64,000 bases of DNA from Isurus oxyrinchus (lineage: Eukaryota), in assembly GCA_026770705.1 (NCBI GenBank), contig JANJGN010000005.1:159340001-159404000 (forward strand), given 5' to 3'. Numbering within the stretch: the stretch's first letter is position 1; every line of letters begins with the position of its first letter. Both the position numbers and the translations under genes were made by a program. The notes beneath the pieces are model-generated. The model saw nothing but the letters and a program-made list of their open reading frames with translations, was not told where the DNA came from and did not search any database. Below, in pieces: positions 60,313-64,000 of this stretch.

Positions 60313-63300
60313 AAAAGCAAAATACTGCGGATGCTGGAAATCCGAAATAAAAACAGAAAATACTGGAAAAACTGAGCAGGCCTGACAGCATCTGTGGAGA
60401 GAGAAACAGAGTTAACATTTTGAGTCCGTATGACTCTTCTTCAGAGCTAAAGACAAGTAGAAAGTGATGGAATTTATACTGTTTAAGGGGTGGGTGGAGC
60501 AGGTAAAGCAGGATAGAAGGTCAATAATAGCTAGGAGCTAAGGAAAGATCGACAAAGATGTTATGGACAAAAGACAAAGGCAGTGTTAATGGTGGTGGTA
60601 AGGGCTGAAGAAGGTGGTGATCGTGGCATAAAGGTAAGAAAGTAGAATGTATGAATGGCAGAACAAGAGTCAGAACTCTTGTGAAAGAACAGCATAGAAC
60701 AAATGACAGATGGCCCTTTTGGGGTGCAGTGAAAGTGGGACCTGTGGTTGGGGGAAAAAAGATAGAAAAAGGGGGTTAAAAGGGATAAAACAATGAATAA
60801 AAATAAGCAAATAAATACATTTTTAAAAGGGATTACAAAAGGGGTGAAGATGGAGGAGCGAGTTCAATGTATTTCAGGTTCGGCACAATGCTGAACTCTC
60901 CTTCCACTGCCTTCGTCTCCATGCTCACTTCTTTGGGCAGGAATCCTCCCCAGTTCAACGGATCCTTTCACCCACCTCCAAGTAACTTCCCTCCACCTGA
61001 ACCCCTCCCTCTGGCCTCTTACCTGCTCTTGATCTTTTCATTGAGAATTTTGACACGATATCAGCTGTCTCAATTTCTCCGCTCCTCTCCACCATTCTAA
61101 CCTGTCTCCTTCTGAACTTGCTGCACTCCGTTCTCTCAGAACCAACCCTGACTTTGTTATCACCATTGGTGGTGCTGTTGTTGCCTGACGTACTGACCTC
61201 TACCTCGCAGTGGCTGAGTGCCAACTCTCAGACACTTCCTCCTACCTCCCCCTGGACCGTGACCCCACCACGGAACATCAAGCCATTGTTTCCAGGAGCG
61301 TCACTGACCTCATCTCCTCTGGAGATCTTCCCTCCACAGCTTCCAACCTCATATTCTCCCAACCCCAGACCTCCTTTCCAAAATCCACGATCAGGACTGT
61401 CCCAGCAGACTGATCGTGTCAGCCTGTTCATGCCACACACAACCCATTTCTTCCTATCTTCACTCCATTCTCTCTCCCCTTGTCCAGTCTCTTCCCACCT
61501 AACATCTGCAATTTCTCTGATGTCTTACACCATATCAACAATTTCCAGTTCCTTGACGCTAGCCACCTCCTCTTCACCATGGATGTCCAATCCATCTACA
61601 TCTCCATCCCCCACCAGGATGGTCTGAGGACACACCACTTCTTCCTTGAAAAGTGGCCTAAACAATCCCCATCCTCCGCCTGGCTGAACTTGTTCTCTCA
61701 CTGAACCATTTCTCCTTTAACTTGTCTCACTTCCTCCAAATGAAAAGTGTGGCTATGGGTACCTGCATGGGCCCCAGTTATGCCTGTTTCTTTCTTTATG
61801 GGGTATGTGGAACATTCCTTGTTCCAATCCTATTTGGGCCCCCTCCCACAGCTCTTTTTTTGGCTTATCAATGACTGCATCAGTGCCACTTCACACACTC
61901 TTTTGGACCTGGAAAAATTTATCAATGTTGCTTCCAATTTCTGCCCTTCTATCATCTTCATGGTCCATCTCTGGCACTTCCCTTCACTTCCTTGACCCCT
62001 CTGTCTCAATTTCTGGTGATCGACGTCCACCAAGATTTATTGCAAGCCCACTGACTCCTACAGCTCGTCACACCCTGGTTCCTGTAAGGACTCCATCCTT
62101 TACTCTCAGTTTCTTCACCTCCGTCACACCTATTCTGATGATGCCATCTTCCAAAACGGCGCTTCTGACATGTCTCCCTTCTTCCTTGACTGAGGTTTCC
62201 CCCACACTATAGTTGACAGGGCCCTCAGCTGTGTCCCCATCTCCCGCACCTCTGCCCTCACACCTTACCCTTTCTCTCAGAACCATGTAGGATCCCCCCT
62301 TGTCCCTACCAGCCTCCGCATTCAAAGGATCATTCTCTGGCATTTCTGCCAACTCCAGCATGTTGCCACCACCAAACACGTCCCCCACCCCCCCACTCCC
62401 GTAAGCAGCCATTCCTTCCGGAACACCCTGATCCAGTCCTCCTTCACCCCAACACCTCATCCCCTTCCCACAGCACCTTCCCATGCAATCGCAGCAGATT
62501 CAACACCTGCCCCTTTACCTCCTCCAACCTCATCGTCTTAAGAGCCCAAACACTCCTTTCAGGTGAAACAGCGCTTCATTTCCACCTCCCTCAATTTAGT
62601 CTACTGCATTCGCTGCTATCAATGCAGTCTTCTCTACATTGGGGAGACGAAACGCAGATTGGGTGACCACTTTGCAGATCACCTTCGGTCTGTCCTCAAG
62701 CATGACCCAGACCTTCCTGTCACTTGCCATTTCAACACACTATCCTGCTCTCATGCCCACATGTCCATCCTTGACCTGCTGCAATGTTCCAGTGAAGCCC
62801 AACATAAATTGAGGAACAGCACCTCATCTTCTGACTGGGCAATTTACAGCCTTCCAGGCTTAACATTGAGTTCAACAACTTCAGACCATGAACTCTGCCC
62901 TCCATTTTCACCCCTTTTTAAAATTTATTTTTATTTACTTATTTTTATTTATTTATTCATTGTTTAATCCCCTTTTTATCTCCTTTTTATCCATTTTCCT
63001 ATCCCTTTTCCCCAACCACCACTCCCTCACACCAAAAAGGGCCATCTGTCACTTGCTCTATTTTGTTCTTTCACAGAGTGCTGACCTTTGTTTTGCAATT
63101 CACACATTCTGCTTTCTTACCTTTTATGCCACTATCAGCATCTTCTTTAGCCCTTACCACTGCCATTAGCACTCCCTTTGTCTTATGTCCATGACATCTT
63201 TGTCAATCGCTCCTTAGCCGCCACCGATTGCTGACCACCTATCCTGCTTTAGCTGCTCCAACTCCCTTAAACAGTATCAGCTCCATCGCTTCCTACTTTT

Positions 63301-63405
63301 GTTTAGCTCTGAAGAAGGATCTTATGGACTTGAAACGTTAACTATTTCTCACCCCACAGATGCTGTCAGACCTGCTGAGTTTTTCCAGCATTTTCTGTTT
63401 TTATT
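60313..63405. mobile_element. Penelope-like element C, inverted fold-back (short - arm 60313-60866, long + arm 60867-63405)
   Basis: 15-bp TSD attgttaaact(ca/tg)at at 60298-60312 and 63406-63420; LFTMDVQSIYISIP, LLYIGETKRRLGDHFADH; hammerhead-like motifs at 60410-60448 (-) and 63305-63343 (+). Confidence 0.9.
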
Positions 63406-63434
63406 ATTGTTAAACTTGATGTTGAGTTCAGAGA

Positions 63435-63530
63435 TTGTTTTTATTCATTCTTGGGATGTGGGCATTATGGCTAGGCCAGTATTTATCACCCATCCTAATT
63501 GTCCTTGAGAAGGTGGTGATGAGCCGCGTC
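63435..63530 (-). mobile_element. 3' tail of a CR1-group LINE (family of 3945-4600)
   Basis: ttttattcattcttgggatgtgggc...ccttgagaaggtggtg. Confidence 0.7.
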
Positions 63531-63539
63531 TGACCCAAA

Positions 63540-64000
63540 TTTTTAATTCCTCTCTGGCCACGGGGGAGGTGCCAGAGGACTGGAGAACAGCTAATGTGGT
63601 TCTGCTATTTAAGAAGGCTTGTAGAGATAAGCCAGGGAACTACAGGCCAGTGAGTTTCACGTCAGTGGTAGGGAAACTATTGGAGAAAATTCTGAAGGAA
63701 AGAATCGATCTCCACTTGGAGAGGCAATGTTTGATCAGGGATAGTCAGCGTGGCTTTGTCAGATGGAGGTCATGCCTAGCAAATTTGATTGAATTTTTTT
63801 TTGAGGAGGTGACCAGGTGTGTAGATGATGGTAGTGCAGTTGGTGTAGTTTATATGGATTTCAGCAAAGCCTTTGACAAGGTCCCACATGGGAGACTTAT
63901 AAAGAAGCCAAATGCACATGGGATACAGGGTAATTTGATAAGGTGGATTCAAAATTGGTCTAGTTGTAGGAGACAGAGGGTGATGACAGAAGGATGCTTT
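63540..64000 (+). mobile_element. CR1 LINE RT fragment running off the window
   Basis: PEDWRTANVV, KPGNYRPVS, VYMDFSKAFDKVPH. Confidence 0.85.

Overview
Vertebrate genomic DNA, most likely a cartilaginous fish (inferred from the CR1, Penelope, Tx1, Harbinger and Gmr1 repeat spectrum). The only host gene is the 3' part of LRP12 on the + strand: three coding exons at 2033-3134, 10607-10739 and 20276-21139. Most of the rest is nested transposable elements. (1) A Harbinger DNA transposon has its convergent transposase and Myb-like genes separated by three diverged head-to-tail Tx1-clade LINEs; the array ends 1 nt past the Myb-like stop codon, and a related motif recurs at every junction. (2) Penelope-like elements occur repeatedly as fold-back pairs with both 3' ends pointing outward inside a single 13-17 bp TSD. 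Their ends carry minimal hammerhead ribozyme motifs, and two are ~235 bp non-coding mini versions. (3) A Gmr1-type Ty3/gypsy element (gag-PR-IN-[RT deleted]-RH, 4-bp TSD) has a ~300 bp inversion between its LTRs and three nested CR1s in gag. Boundaries of decayed elements are approximate and no database searches were run.
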